From Elusimicrobiota bacterium (GTDB lineage: Bacteria > Elusimicrobiota > Elusimicrobia > Elusimicrobiales > UBA9959), in NCBI GenBank assembly GCA_037137395.1, contig JBAXKK010000064.1, forward strand, positions 1-15,766: DNA of 15,766 nucleotides, given 5' to 3'. Position 1 is the stretch's first letter, and the number at the start of each line of letters is the position of its first letter. This document shows, piece by piece, positions 1 to 7,772 of the stretch. The notes beneath the pieces are model-generated. The model was not told the origin of the DNA. It ran no database searches and saw only the letters and a program-made list of their open reading frames with translations. Both the position numbers and the translations under genes were made by a program.

Positions 1-183
1 CTAACAATCGCTATAGGCAGAAAATATGCCATAAGCTTTAGGCTTTAAGCCATATTCAGAGTAGAAATCGCTTACTATTTACGCTTTCCGCTTTCCGCTA
101 ACAATCGCCATAGGCTTTAAGCCATAAGCTATATGCAGAGTAGAAATCGCTTACTATTTACGCTTCCCGCTTCCCGCTTCCCG
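1..183. repeat. Degenerate heptamer tandem repeats plus a duplicated ~43-bp block
   Basis: Heptamers gccataa/gctttag/gctttaa/gccatat at 28-55 and (gcttYcc)n. The block cagagtagaaatcgcttactatttacgcttYccgcttYccgct starts at 57 and again at 136. ctaacaatcgcYatagg occurs at 1 and 98. Confidence 0.85.
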
Positions 184-191
184 ATTCAGAG

Positions 192-1223
192 TTATTCCGG
201 GAGGAACTTTTTTTTGAGTTTTCTGACCGTGGCGTAGAGTTCAGGGAGCTTTGAAAGTATAACCTCTATCTTCATGGCCTGCGATCTGGGCCGACCGGTA
301 TGGCCGAACACCACTTCCCCGGCTGCCAGGTCCGACATTATGCCGGTCTTGGCCATGACGATGGCGTTGTCGCCTATGGTCAGGTGATCCGAAATGCCCG
401 CTTGCCCGCCTATTATAACGGAGTTGCCGATCGCGGTCGAGCCGGCTATAGCCGCCTGAGCCATTATCAGACAGTTTTTGCCTATGCGCACATTATGAGC
501 GATATGGACCAGGTTATCGAGTTTTGAGCCGGCACCTATCACCGTGGCGTCCAGCGCGGCCCGGTCGACGGTAGAATTGGAGCCTATCTCCACGTCATCC
601 TCGATTATAACGCGCCCCACCTGTGGGATCTTCTGATGCCTGCCGGAAATATTTATATAGCCGTAGCCGTCGGAACCGATAACAGCGCCGGGGTGAAGGA
701 TAACGTTTTTGCCTATCACGCAGCGCTCGCGCACGGTGACATTGGGGTAAAGCCTTGAGCCTGCGCCTACGCTGGAGTCCGCGCCAATATAGCAGCCGGC
801 GGAGATGACGGCGTTGTCGCCGATTTCGGAGTTAGCCTCCACTACCGCGTGCGGCCCAATGTGGACGCCGGAGCCTATCTTCGCGCTTTTGTCCACCACG
901 GCTGAAGGGTGTATCCCGGGCCCGGGAAGCGGGTTCAGTTCCTTTTCAAATTTTAAAAGAGCCCGGGCGAAGGCCTGTTTCGGGCTGCCCACATAGATGA
1001 CGGCGCCGGCGCGCCCTTTTAGCGCAGTTTTTGCTTCTTCGGGGGCGATGAGGCACCCTGCCGGACGGTTGGCGGTCCAGGCCGCATTCGCGGCTTTTTC
1101 CAGATAAGCAAGGTCGGTTTCACCGGCAAGCGTAAGCGGCATGGCGCCGGTTATGACAGTGCCGGCGGGGCCCTGAAGTTCTCCTCCGATTAGAGCGGCT
1201 ATTTCTGCAGGCGTGGTCTTCAT
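192..1223 (-). CDS. lpxD: UDP-3-O-(3-hydroxyacyl)glucosamine N-acyltransferase
   Basis: 343 aa with left-handed beta-helix hexapeptide repeats and LpxD motifs [27 protein letters not shown] and [12 protein letters not shown]. Canonical position after bamA-skp. Confidence 0.97.
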   Translation of the reverse strand: MKTTPAEIAALIGGELQGPAGTVITGAMPLTLAGETDLAYLEKAANAAWTANRPAGCLIAPEEAKTALKGRAGAVIYVGSPKQAFARALLKFEKELNPLPGPGIHPSAVVDKSAKIGSGVHIGPHAVVEANSEIGDNAVISAGCYIGADSSVGAGSRLYPNVTVRERCVIGKNVILHPGAVIGSDGYGYINISGRHQKIPQVGRVIIEDDVEIGSNSTVDRAALDATVIGAGSKLDNLVHIAHNVRIGKNCLIMAQAAIAGSTAIGNSVIIGGQAGISDHLTIGDNAIVMAKTGIMSDLAAGEVVFGHTGRPRSQAMKIEVILSKLPELYATVRKLKKKFLPE

Positions 1224-2086
1224 AGCGGTTCTTCCAATTTTTTTAAAAGTTTATCGGTCAGGTCTACGGCCGAATGGCCAAAGAGGATATTGCGCTTGTC
1301 TATAATCACGCTGACCTCTTCCCTGACGGCCAGCTCTTTTAAAGTGATGTAAATGCGGCCCAGGAGGATTTCGCTTCTGTGGCTCTCATATTCCAGCAGT
1401 TCTTTTTCTACCTGGCGCTGGTAGATCTTAAGCGCGCTCTCTTTTTGCTTAAGGTCATTTTCTTTGGCGCTTATGGCCGCGTCTATTTCCGGCACGGCCG
1501 TGGAGACGGAGAATTTGAAATTATCCGCCGGAATGTTCTTTGTGTCTGGCGCAGCATTCTCCATTCCCGGCAGATTGGATAGCGCGAACGGCTTGGGAGC
1601 CGCCGCGGTGGAAACCGCCACGACCGCCGCGGAGGAGGAGGCTGAGACGGCCTGCGCGGATGCTGTCGCCTCTGTGGAAGCCGTGACGGACGCAATGGTT
1701 TTATCCGACGGTGCGCTTCCCGGGGTTGAGATTGAAGCTGCGGCCTGGGTGGAGGCGGTCGCGGGCGCGGAGGAATTAAGCTTTTCCTGAGTGGCGAGAA
1801 GGGAGGACAGGGTCAGGGCGAATTCGCGCTCCTGCCTTAGCTTGGCCATATCGGCCTTAATCACATATATTTCGTGCCTGCGCTGGTTGACGGATTCCTC
1901 TTTTTTCTTTATCTCTCCGAGGAATTCCTCGCGGGCGTTAAGTGTGCCGGAGTATTCTTTGAAGACCCGGTCTATATCCACATACCCGACGGTGCCTGAC
2001 TCGCCTTTATTCTCCTCAAGCGAGAGCTCCAGGGCCGCCGCCGGCGCCGCGGCCGACAGAAGGAGCAGAAAAAATATCTTCTTCAT
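1220..2086 (-). CDS. skp: OmpH/Skp family periplasmic chaperone with a Ser/Thr/Ala-rich insertion
   Basis: Likely start is MKKIFFLLL at 2086 (AGAGGA RBS, signal peptide), not 2347, which overlaps bamA. Has [10 protein letters not shown] at the N-terminus, coiled coils and a C-terminal [20 protein letters not shown] motif. Lies between bamA and lpxD. Confidence 0.88.
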   Translation of the reverse strand: MKKIFFLLLLSAAAPAAALELSLEENKGESGTVGYVDIDRVFKEYSGTLNAREEFLGEIKKKEESVNQRRHEIYVIKADMAKLRQEREFALTLSSLLATQEKLNSSAPATASTQAAASISTPGSAPSDKTIASVTASTEATASAQAVSASSSAAVVAVSTAAAPKPFALSNLPGMENAAPDTKNIPADNFKFSVSTAVPEIDAAISAKENDLKQKESALKIYQRQVEKELLEYESHRSEILLGRIYITLKELAVREEVSVIIDKRNILFGHSAVDLTDKLLKKLEEPL

Positions 2087-2103
2087 ATTTCCAATCCTCT
2101 TCG

Positions 2104-2146
2104 CCAGAGGCGGATCCGCCGGGTTGTTAGGCGGGTAGTCCTCTGG
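2104..2146. repeat. Intergenic palindromic (REP-like) hairpin between bamA and skp
   Basis: ccagagg (2104-2110) pairs with cctctgg (2140-2146), with an inner ccgcc/ggcgg stem. Contains the palindrome ggcggatccgcc. Confidence 0.65.
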
Positions 2147-2174
2147 TTTTCTAAAGTATCCCGTCCTACGGTTC

Positions 2175-4613
2175 CTAAAACAGATTTCCGAGCGTGAAGT
2201 AGATGTCGGAAAGCTGTTCGCCGGCCTTGTGGTTGAACCCGTATCCCCAGTCCAACCTGATGGGGAAAGCCGGGGTTGTGAAACGTATGCCGAACCCGGC
2301 GCCCACTTTAAGGTCGTTGACCCCCGTGCCGGTGCGCGTGCTGACATTGTTAAAGCGGTCCCAGGAATTGCCGATATCCATGAAGAAGGCCCATTGTACG
2401 ATGGTGCGCTTCTTTTCCCTGGCCAGCGGGAAATGAAATTCCAGGTTCAAAATGTCGTAGATCGTGCCGCCGTTCAGCGGGCCGATCTGGCCGTTGTTGC
2501 TGTAGCCGCGGATGGTGTCCGCGCCGCCGAGGAAATAGCGTTCATATACCGGCAGCCTGGGCGTTCTGCCAAAGCCGGCGCCGTAGCCCGCTTTATTTGA
2601 GACAGCGAAGACGAAAGGGTAGTCGTCTATAGAGAAGAGCTTCAGATTGTAGGTGTAGGTGAAGCTGGGCTTATAGTAATTGACGTCTCCCATCAGCGGG
2701 CCGCCGGTCAGATCCACGCCAAGCGAGGCCTTGGAGCCTTTGGTGGGATCCCAGACATTGTCGCGGGTGTCGCGCGCGAATTCAACATAGATGGATGAGG
2801 TGACGCTGGTGCCTTCGGGCAGCTCGGTAGTGAACTCCGGATCCACGCCGGAAATCTTTACTTTTTCGTAGGTGTATGAAGTGGTGAGGCGGTATTTGTC
2901 GTCCTCAAAGCGCGGGCCGACCGTAACCTTGCCGCCGGTGCGCCGCTCTGTGTAGGCGGAGAGCGCGTCGCGGTACGGCTTATAGCGGCGGGTATTAAAA
3001 ACATCAAGGCCCAGAGTGGTCGGGTGGCCGCCGATCCAGGGGGTGGACCAGCTCAGCGCGTAGTCCTGCACCCTGCTGCCGAAGTTCCAGGACAGGGAGG
3101 TTCTGTAAGCCCGGCCTAAAAGATTTAAGTGCTGCAGCGAGAGCGTTCCAACCAGGCCGTCCCGTGATGAAATGCCGGCGCCGGCGGTGAGCATGCCGGG
3201 TTTGCCTTCCGCGATATCGAAAACCAAATCTACCTTGTCGGGGTCGGGCGTGGGGTTGATAGCTATGCCGACGTCGTCCAGGAAGCCCAGGTTGAATAAT
3301 TTCTCCTGGCTGCGCCTGATCTTGCCTGAGCTGAATATCGCGCCTTCTTTCTGCACGATCTCGCGCCTCAGGACATAGGTTTTGGTGGCTTTGTTTCCTT
3401 CGACGTCTATATTACCGACATAAATGGGGTTATTCTCTGTGATGGTGAAAGTTATATCAAGCTCGCCGGTGGCGAAGTTCGCGACCTTGTCAGGTTTAAG
3501 CAGGGCTTTCAGGTAGCCCTTATCGGCGTATTTGTCCTGCAGCGCTCTGATGGAATCGTCGAATTTCTCCTGGTTGAACAGCTTCCCGCGCCGGTATTCC
3601 AGCAGTTCCAGCAGATCCTTTGACGGGTAGACGGTGTTGCCGGAGAACAGCGTCACGCCAAAATGCTGGCGCGGCCCCTCGTTGATGACCGCTTTTATCG
3701 ACACGCGGCTTTTGTCCTCGTTGAAGGTGACTGATGATCTCTCCAGTTTGAATTCGCTGTAGCCGGTGTTTTTGTAGAAAGTTTCCATTTCTTTGAAATC
3801 GTTTTCCAGGTCCTGGGGCGAATAGATCTTTTTGGGACGGTTTTTCATTTTCTTGACCAGCTTTTTGGTTTTAAAAGCTGTCACTCCCTCCAGCGTTACC
3901 TCGGCTATTTTGGCTTTCTTGCCCTCGGTGACGCTGACGGTCAGGCTGGCGGTGTGGGTGGCCGTGGCGTAGCTGACCTCGTAATCGGCTTTGGCCTCTA
4001 TATAGCCTTTCTCGTGATATTTATCGGTGATTTTTGTTATATCCTCGCGAATCTTCAGTTCGTCAAAGAAGTCTTTTTCCTTAAGATTCATCTCGTTCTT
4101 GACGGTTCCCTTGGAAAGCTCTTTCGCGCCGGCGATCTTCACTTCTTTAATCATGAATTTTTCGGAGACTATATAGGTTACCGTCACCGCGCTGGAGGAA
4201 CTAGTTACGCCGCGAAACTTGGCAGCAACCGGCTTGTTGTTTATGTTCGCGATATCCACGGAGACCTTCTCCATGCTGCCGAGGCCCAGTACGGTGGAAA
4301 TGTCGGAATTCACGAAATCCTGATAATACAGCTTGCCCTTTTTTGCCTTTCCGGTTTTGATCACGACTTTGGACTTTACATTGATATTACCTTTGACTTC
4401 CACGGCGCCCACTTCCCAGGGCCCTTTCCCGGGGCCGGCTTCCGGGGCCGCGGGCTCGGCTTCCCCGGACATGCCGGGCAGTCCGGCGGGGTCGGAGATC
4501 TTAAAAGCTTCAGTGGAGGCCGGCGCCCCGACATAGGGGACGGGGGCAGCCTGGCCCATCGCGAAGGGGGTAAGGGAACAGGTAAAAAGCAGGATGAGTG
4601 AAATCTTTTTCAT
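2175..4613 (-). CDS. bamA: Outer membrane protein assembly factor BamA
   Basis: 812 aa with a signal peptide, five POTRA-like repeats (e.g. IDVEGNKATKTYVLRRE), a barrel with the GGADTIRGY motif, GFGIRFTTPAFPIRLDWG and a C-terminal Phe. Confidence 0.97.
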   Translation of the reverse strand: MKKISLILLFTCSLTPFAMGQAAPVPYVGAPASTEAFKISDPAGLPGMSGEAEPAAPEAGPGKGPWEVGAVEVKGNINVKSKVVIKTGKAKKGKLYYQDFVNSDISTVLGLGSMEKVSVDIANINNKPVAAKFRGVTSSSSAVTVTYIVSEKFMIKEVKIAGAKELSKGTVKNEMNLKEKDFFDELKIREDITKITDKYHEKGYIEAKADYEVSYATATHTASLTVSVTEGKKAKIAEVTLEGVTAFKTKKLVKKMKNRPKKIYSPQDLENDFKEMETFYKNTGYSEFKLERSSVTFNEDKSRVSIKAVINEGPRQHFGVTLFSGNTVYPSKDLLELLEYRRGKLFNQEKFDDSIRALQDKYADKGYLKALLKPDKVANFATGELDITFTITENNPIYVGNIDVEGNKATKTYVLRREIVQKEGAIFSSGKIRRSQEKLFNLGFLDDVGIAINPTPDPDKVDLVFDIAEGKPGMLTAGAGISSRDGLVGTLSLQHLNLLGRAYRTSLSWNFGSRVQDYALSWSTPWIGGHPTTLGLDVFNTRRYKPYRDALSAYTERRTGGKVTVGPRFEDDKYRLTTSYTYEKVKISGVDPEFTTELPEGTSVTSSIYVEFARDTRDNVWDPTKGSKASLGVDLTGGPLMGDVNYYKPSFTYTYNLKLFSIDDYPFVFAVSNKAGYGAGFGRTPRLPVYERYFLGGADTIRGYSNNGQIGPLNGGTIYDILNLEFHFPLAREKKRTIVQWAFFMDIGNSWDRFNNVSTRTGTGVNDLKVGAGFGIRFTTPAFPIRLDWGYGFNHKAGEQLSDIYFTLGNLF

Positions 4614-4695
4614 TAGGTTATATGTATTGGATAGATTTATAATATATTACAATTTTTAGGCGGGAATTTGTAAATTTCTTGATTTCCGTGTTTTA

Positions 4696-4704
4696 TGCTA
4701 GAAT
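4696..4704 (+). promoter_or_regulatory. Putative extended -10 promoter for the PhoH2 gene
   Basis: TG-C-TAGAAT (TGnTAnnnT) in the AT-rich divergent intergenic region, about 110 nt upstream of ATG 4815, which has an AGGAG RBS. Confidence 0.45.
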
Positions 4705-4814
4705 TGTGGCTGAAAGGCGGATAGGTTGCGGGCAGGAGTAGTATCAGGCGGGAAATGAATATCACTGACAGCCTGCGGCCTTAACAACCTGACATCGCCA
4801 GGAGACCTTAAAAA

Positions 4815-6116
4815 ATGAAAAAATTCTACATTTTAGATACCAACGTGCTAATCCACGACCCGATGTCCTTCACTAAATTTGAAGACAACACCGTGGTTGT
4901 GCCGATTTCTGTTATTGAGGAGCTTGATACCTTTAAATCCGTAGCGGACGAGCGCGGTAAGGCGGCCCGGATAGTTTCGCGGCGTCTGGACGAAATGCGC
5001 AAGATAGGAAAGCTTAACGCCGGCGTGAAGATGGAGAACGGCGGCATGCTTATCGTAGACCTGGATCACGAACAGGTCCTGCCCAAGGAATTTCTCCTTC
5101 AGCAGATGGATAATCGAATTCTGAACTCCGCCCTCTGGTATAACGGGAAAAAACACAGCGCCATTCTTGTGACCAAGGATATCAACCTCCGCCTTAAGGC
5201 CGAAGCGGTGGGCGTCAACGCGGAAGATTACGAATCCGGGAAAGTTAAGGTGGATGAGATCTACCCCGGCCTGGTCACCGTGGAAAAGAGCGCCGATTTC
5301 GTGGACAAGTTTTACAAGGAGAAGACGGCCAAAAACACGGACGCCGACCTCGTGGCCAATGAATTCGTTGTTTTCAAGGCCAAGGAAGACCCCAAAAAGA
5401 GCGCCATGGGACGCGTGTCGCCCGGAGACACTTCGGTGATAAAGATGCTCAATCCCGAGAGTTCTCCCTGGGGCATCAGGCCGCTGAATAAAGAGCAGCG
5501 ATGCGCCATGGACCTGCTGCTGGACGAGAGCGTTAAACTGGTGACGATGATAGGTTCGGCCGGCACCGGAAAGACGCTGATGTCGCTTGCCTGCGGACTT
5601 CAGAAAGCGGTGGAAGAAAATGTTTACCGGCGGCTGATCATCTGCCGCCCGATCGTTCCGGTCGGTAAGGATATTGGCTTTATTCCCGGCACCAAAGAAG
5701 AGAAGCTCTCCACCTGGATGGGTGCCATTTATGACAATCTGGAATTCATCATGGACAAGCGTCATCAGGACGATGCTATGCAGAAATTCGAGTATCTTCT
5801 GCAGAACGGCAAAATTGAGATAGCGTCCGTAACGCATATCCGCGGCCGTTCGCTCCCTAAGCAATACATGATAGTGGATGACGCGCAAAACCTGACGCCC
5901 CACGAAATAAAAACTATCCTCTCACGCGCTGGAGAAGGGACCAAGGTTGTTGTCACCGGGGACCCGTACCAGATAGATAATCCTTATTTGGACATCGCCT
6001 CTAATGGTCTGATGTATATCGTGGACCGGTTCAAGGGGCAGAAGCTTTATGGTCACCTGACGTTCACCAAGACCGAGCGCAGCGAACTGGCCGGCCTGGT
6101 GGCTGAGCTGATGTAA
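4815..6116 (+). CDS. PhoH family ATPase with N-terminal PIN domain (PhoH2/YlaK type)
   Basis: PIN motifs ILDTNVLIHDP, VIEELD and LVTKDINLR. Walker A GSAGTGKT, IRGRS, Walker B variant IVDDAQN, and TGDPYQID. Confidence 0.95.
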   Translation: MKKFYILDTNVLIHDPMSFTKFEDNTVVVPISVIEELDTFKSVADERGKAARIVSRRLDEMRKIGKLNAGVKMENGGMLIVDLDHEQVLPKEFLLQQMDNRILNSALWYNGKKHSAILVTKDINLRLKAEAVGVNAEDYESGKVKVDEIYPGLVTVEKSADFVDKFYKEKTAKNTDADLVANEFVVFKAKEDPKKSAMGRVSPGDTSVIKMLNPESSPWGIRPLNKEQRCAMDLLLDESVKLVTMIGSAGTGKTLMSLACGLQKAVEENVYRRLIICRPIVPVGKDIGFIPGTKEEKLSTWMGAIYDNLEFIMDKRHQDDAMQKFEYLLQNGKIEIASVTHIRGRSLPKQYMIVDDAQNLTPHEIKTILSRAGEGTKVVVTGDPYQIDNPYLDIASNGLMYIVDRFKGQKLYGHLTFTKTERSELAGLVAELM

Positions 6117-6160
6117 ATAGTCAAATCAGCGCGGCAGCCCAACGCCTCCGCTAATCATTC

Positions 6161-6371
6161 ATCGCCTAATGGTTCGCGGGTCCTGCCGTGGGCCTGGAAC
6201 GCGAAAACAGGGTCGGGGCACACCGTGCCCACCCTTCCGGACCTCGCTCGGCGCGCTTATGCAAGCGCCGAGCTCCGGTACGGTTTCGCTAACCCAGATC
6301 CCCCGTCACCCACTCCAAAATGTATCTGTCTTAATTCTGCGTTTACATTTCTAACGCGACGTTTTGCCGAT
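6161..6371. other. Multi-hairpin structured intergenic element (MITE-like or degenerate attC-like)
   Basis: gcgaaa (6201-6206) pairs with tttcgc (6284-6289), enclosing the hairpins agggt..gggcac-acc-gtgccc.accct and ccgga..gctcggcgc..gcgccgagc.tccgg. The outer ends show imperfect complementarity. Confidence 0.45.
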
Positions 6372-6403
6372 GTGCAGTCACTAACCACTCGCCACTATTC
6401 ACT

Positions 6404-6443
6404 AAAAGCGCCGGGTTTCAGAATTCTGAAACCCGGCGCTTTT
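6404..6443. terminator. Perfect 40-bp palindrome, probable bidirectional intrinsic terminator
   Basis: aaaagcgccgggtttcagaa|ttctgaaacccggcgctttt: a GC-rich stem flanked by A4 and T4, downstream of the PhoH2 gene. Confidence 0.7.
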
Positions 6444-6479
6444 GCCCTTAGGGCCCATGCCGGAGTGGGCCTTAAGGCC

Positions 6480-6508
6480 CTGACCAACATCCTGAATTCG
6501 TATAGAAT
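6480..6508 (+). promoter_or_regulatory. Putative sigma70 promoter of the ribonuclease gene
   Basis: CTGACC-17 bp-TAGAAT, about 37 nt upstream of ATG 6546 (AAGGA RBS). Confidence 0.5.
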
Positions 6509-6545
6509 ATATATGCTTTCACAATATATACATCAAGGATGATTA

Positions 6546-7130
6546 ATGCCCAAAATAAAAGCGATGTTGTTGAATGCCGTGCTATTGTTCTCGCTGGCAA
6601 ACTTCGCCGGAGCCGCCGATCCCCGGGTCAAAGGGACCGCTTCCGCAAATGATTTAAAGCCGACATCAGCGGTTGAACTCCTCTTCGCTATCGCCCCTTC
6701 CCCCGACATCCGGGATATAATCGCCGGCCAAAAAATAGAAGCCGCACCTTTCTTTTCTGAAAGCGGAAAGGTCATAGAGCCTGGCCGCGACCTGGCTCCT
6801 AAAGTAGAAGACGCTGCGCGTGTCAGAGCGATACTTAAACTTGTCAGTGATGTTTACAACAACGTGCCTCTGCCTTATTCCCAGGATGGTTCTATTTTTA
6901 AGAATAAGGAAGGACAGCTGCCGCAGCAGCCCCTCGGTTTCTACAAGGAATATACGCTCCTGACCGGCAACGCGCCGCATGAGGTGGTAATCAATGGCCA
7001 AACCTATCAGGTTTCACCCGATATGGGCGAGCGCGGCTCGGAGCGCGTGGTCATGGGTGGAGGCGAAAAACTTTACTACACTCCGGACCATTACGCGCAT
7101 TTTATACAATTAACTGTGGTGAGAGGTTAG
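6546..7130 (+). CDS. Secreted guanyl-specific ribonuclease (RNase Sa/N1/barnase family)
   Basis: Signal peptide ending AGA-A. The C-terminal domain LPYSQDGSIFKNKEGQLP..GFYKEYT..RGSERVV..YYTPDHYAHF matches the RNase Sa pattern, with catalytic Glu, Arg and His retained. Confidence 0.92.
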   Translation: MPKIKAMLLNAVLLFSLANFAGAADPRVKGTASANDLKPTSAVELLFAIAPSPDIRDIIAGQKIEAAPFFSESGKVIEPGRDLAPKVEDAARVRAILKLVSDVYNNVPLPYSQDGSIFKNKEGQLPQQPLGFYKEYTLLTGNAPHEVVINGQTYQVSPDMGERGSERVVMGGGEKLYYTPDHYAHFIQLTVVRG

Positions 7131-7159
7131 ACGCCCAAAAGCCCACGTAAAACCAAGTC

Positions 7160-7254
7160 GTCTTTCCGGCGAAAGCCGGAATCCATGAATACAGACTGCA
7201 CTGGACCCCGGCTTCCGCCCCCAGTTTCACGGTGGGGCAGGTCGCCGGGGAGAC
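7160..7254. repeat. REP/RPE-type paired palindromic repeat element
   Basis: gtctttccggcgaaagccggaatcca (7160-7185) and tggaccccggctt[insert]tcgccggggagac (7202-7254) resemble the widespread GTCATTCCCGCGAAAGCGGGAATCCA...TGGATCCCCGCCTTCGCGGGGATGAC family, which reads WIPAFAG on the minus strand. Confidence 0.8.
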
Positions 7255-7370
7255 ATTAAAAGTTGCACTAGAACGATGGGAAATGTCTCGCCGAGACCTC
7301 CGCCTTATCAACTTTTGAGTAGACACAGGTTAGCCGGAAGGGAGCGGTTTCCCTGAAGGAAGAGAGGAGC

Positions 7371-7772
7371 ATGGACCCCCGCGACGCGATTTCGGACCGG
7401 GAAGTTTTTCTGAGGCTTGAAGGAAAAGATCTGAAAGCGGAGGAAATAGAAAAACTATTTTCTCCGCTTGGTTATTTTACGCTCCGTTTGGACGGAACTA
7501 AAATTAAGAATAAAGCGGACCTGCTTGCCGCCCTGGCATCCGGTTTGAAGTTTCCGGCGTATTTCGGGCATAACTGGGACGCGCTGCTGGATTGCCTGCG
7601 CTCCCTGCCGGACTTTATTAAAGCCGGCGGCTACGCGGTCATAATAGAAAGTTCCGACTTTTTTCTGGCCGATTCTTTTTCCGACCGGGATAATTTCAGG
7701 GATATTGTAGAAACAGCGGCCGGATTCCTGGCTGAAAAATACAAACTCAGGTTTAAGGTGATAATGCTATGA
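7371..7772 (+). CDS. Barstar family ribonuclease inhibitor
   Basis: LDGTKIKNKADLLAALASGLKFPAYFGHNWDALLDCL is the barstar signature. GAGGAG RBS. Lies downstream of the barnase-family RNase. Confidence 0.93.
   Translation: MDPRDAISDREVFLRLEGKDLKAEEIEKLFSPLGYFTLRLDGTKIKNKADLLAALASGLKFPAYFGHNWDALLDCLRSLPDFIKAGGYAVIIESSDFFLADSFSDRDNFRDIVETAAGFLAEKYKLRFKVIML

Noticed and set aside
1..183. Possible CRISPR array
   Set aside because: Only two copies of the block, the intervening DNA is itself heptamer repeat rather than unique spacer, and no cas genes are in the window.
2087..2347. N-terminal 87 aa of the 375-aa ORF
   Set aside because: Overlaps bamA and the intergenic hairpin; the RBS and signal peptide support a start at 2086.
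4848..5903. 351-aa antisense ORF
   Set aside because: Shadow frame of the well-supported PhoH2 gene, with no recognisable motifs.
6225..6542. 105-aa ORF across the palindromic intergenic region (also 7102..7326)
   Set aside because: Runs through hairpins, the terminator or REP DNA, with no RBS or protein motif.
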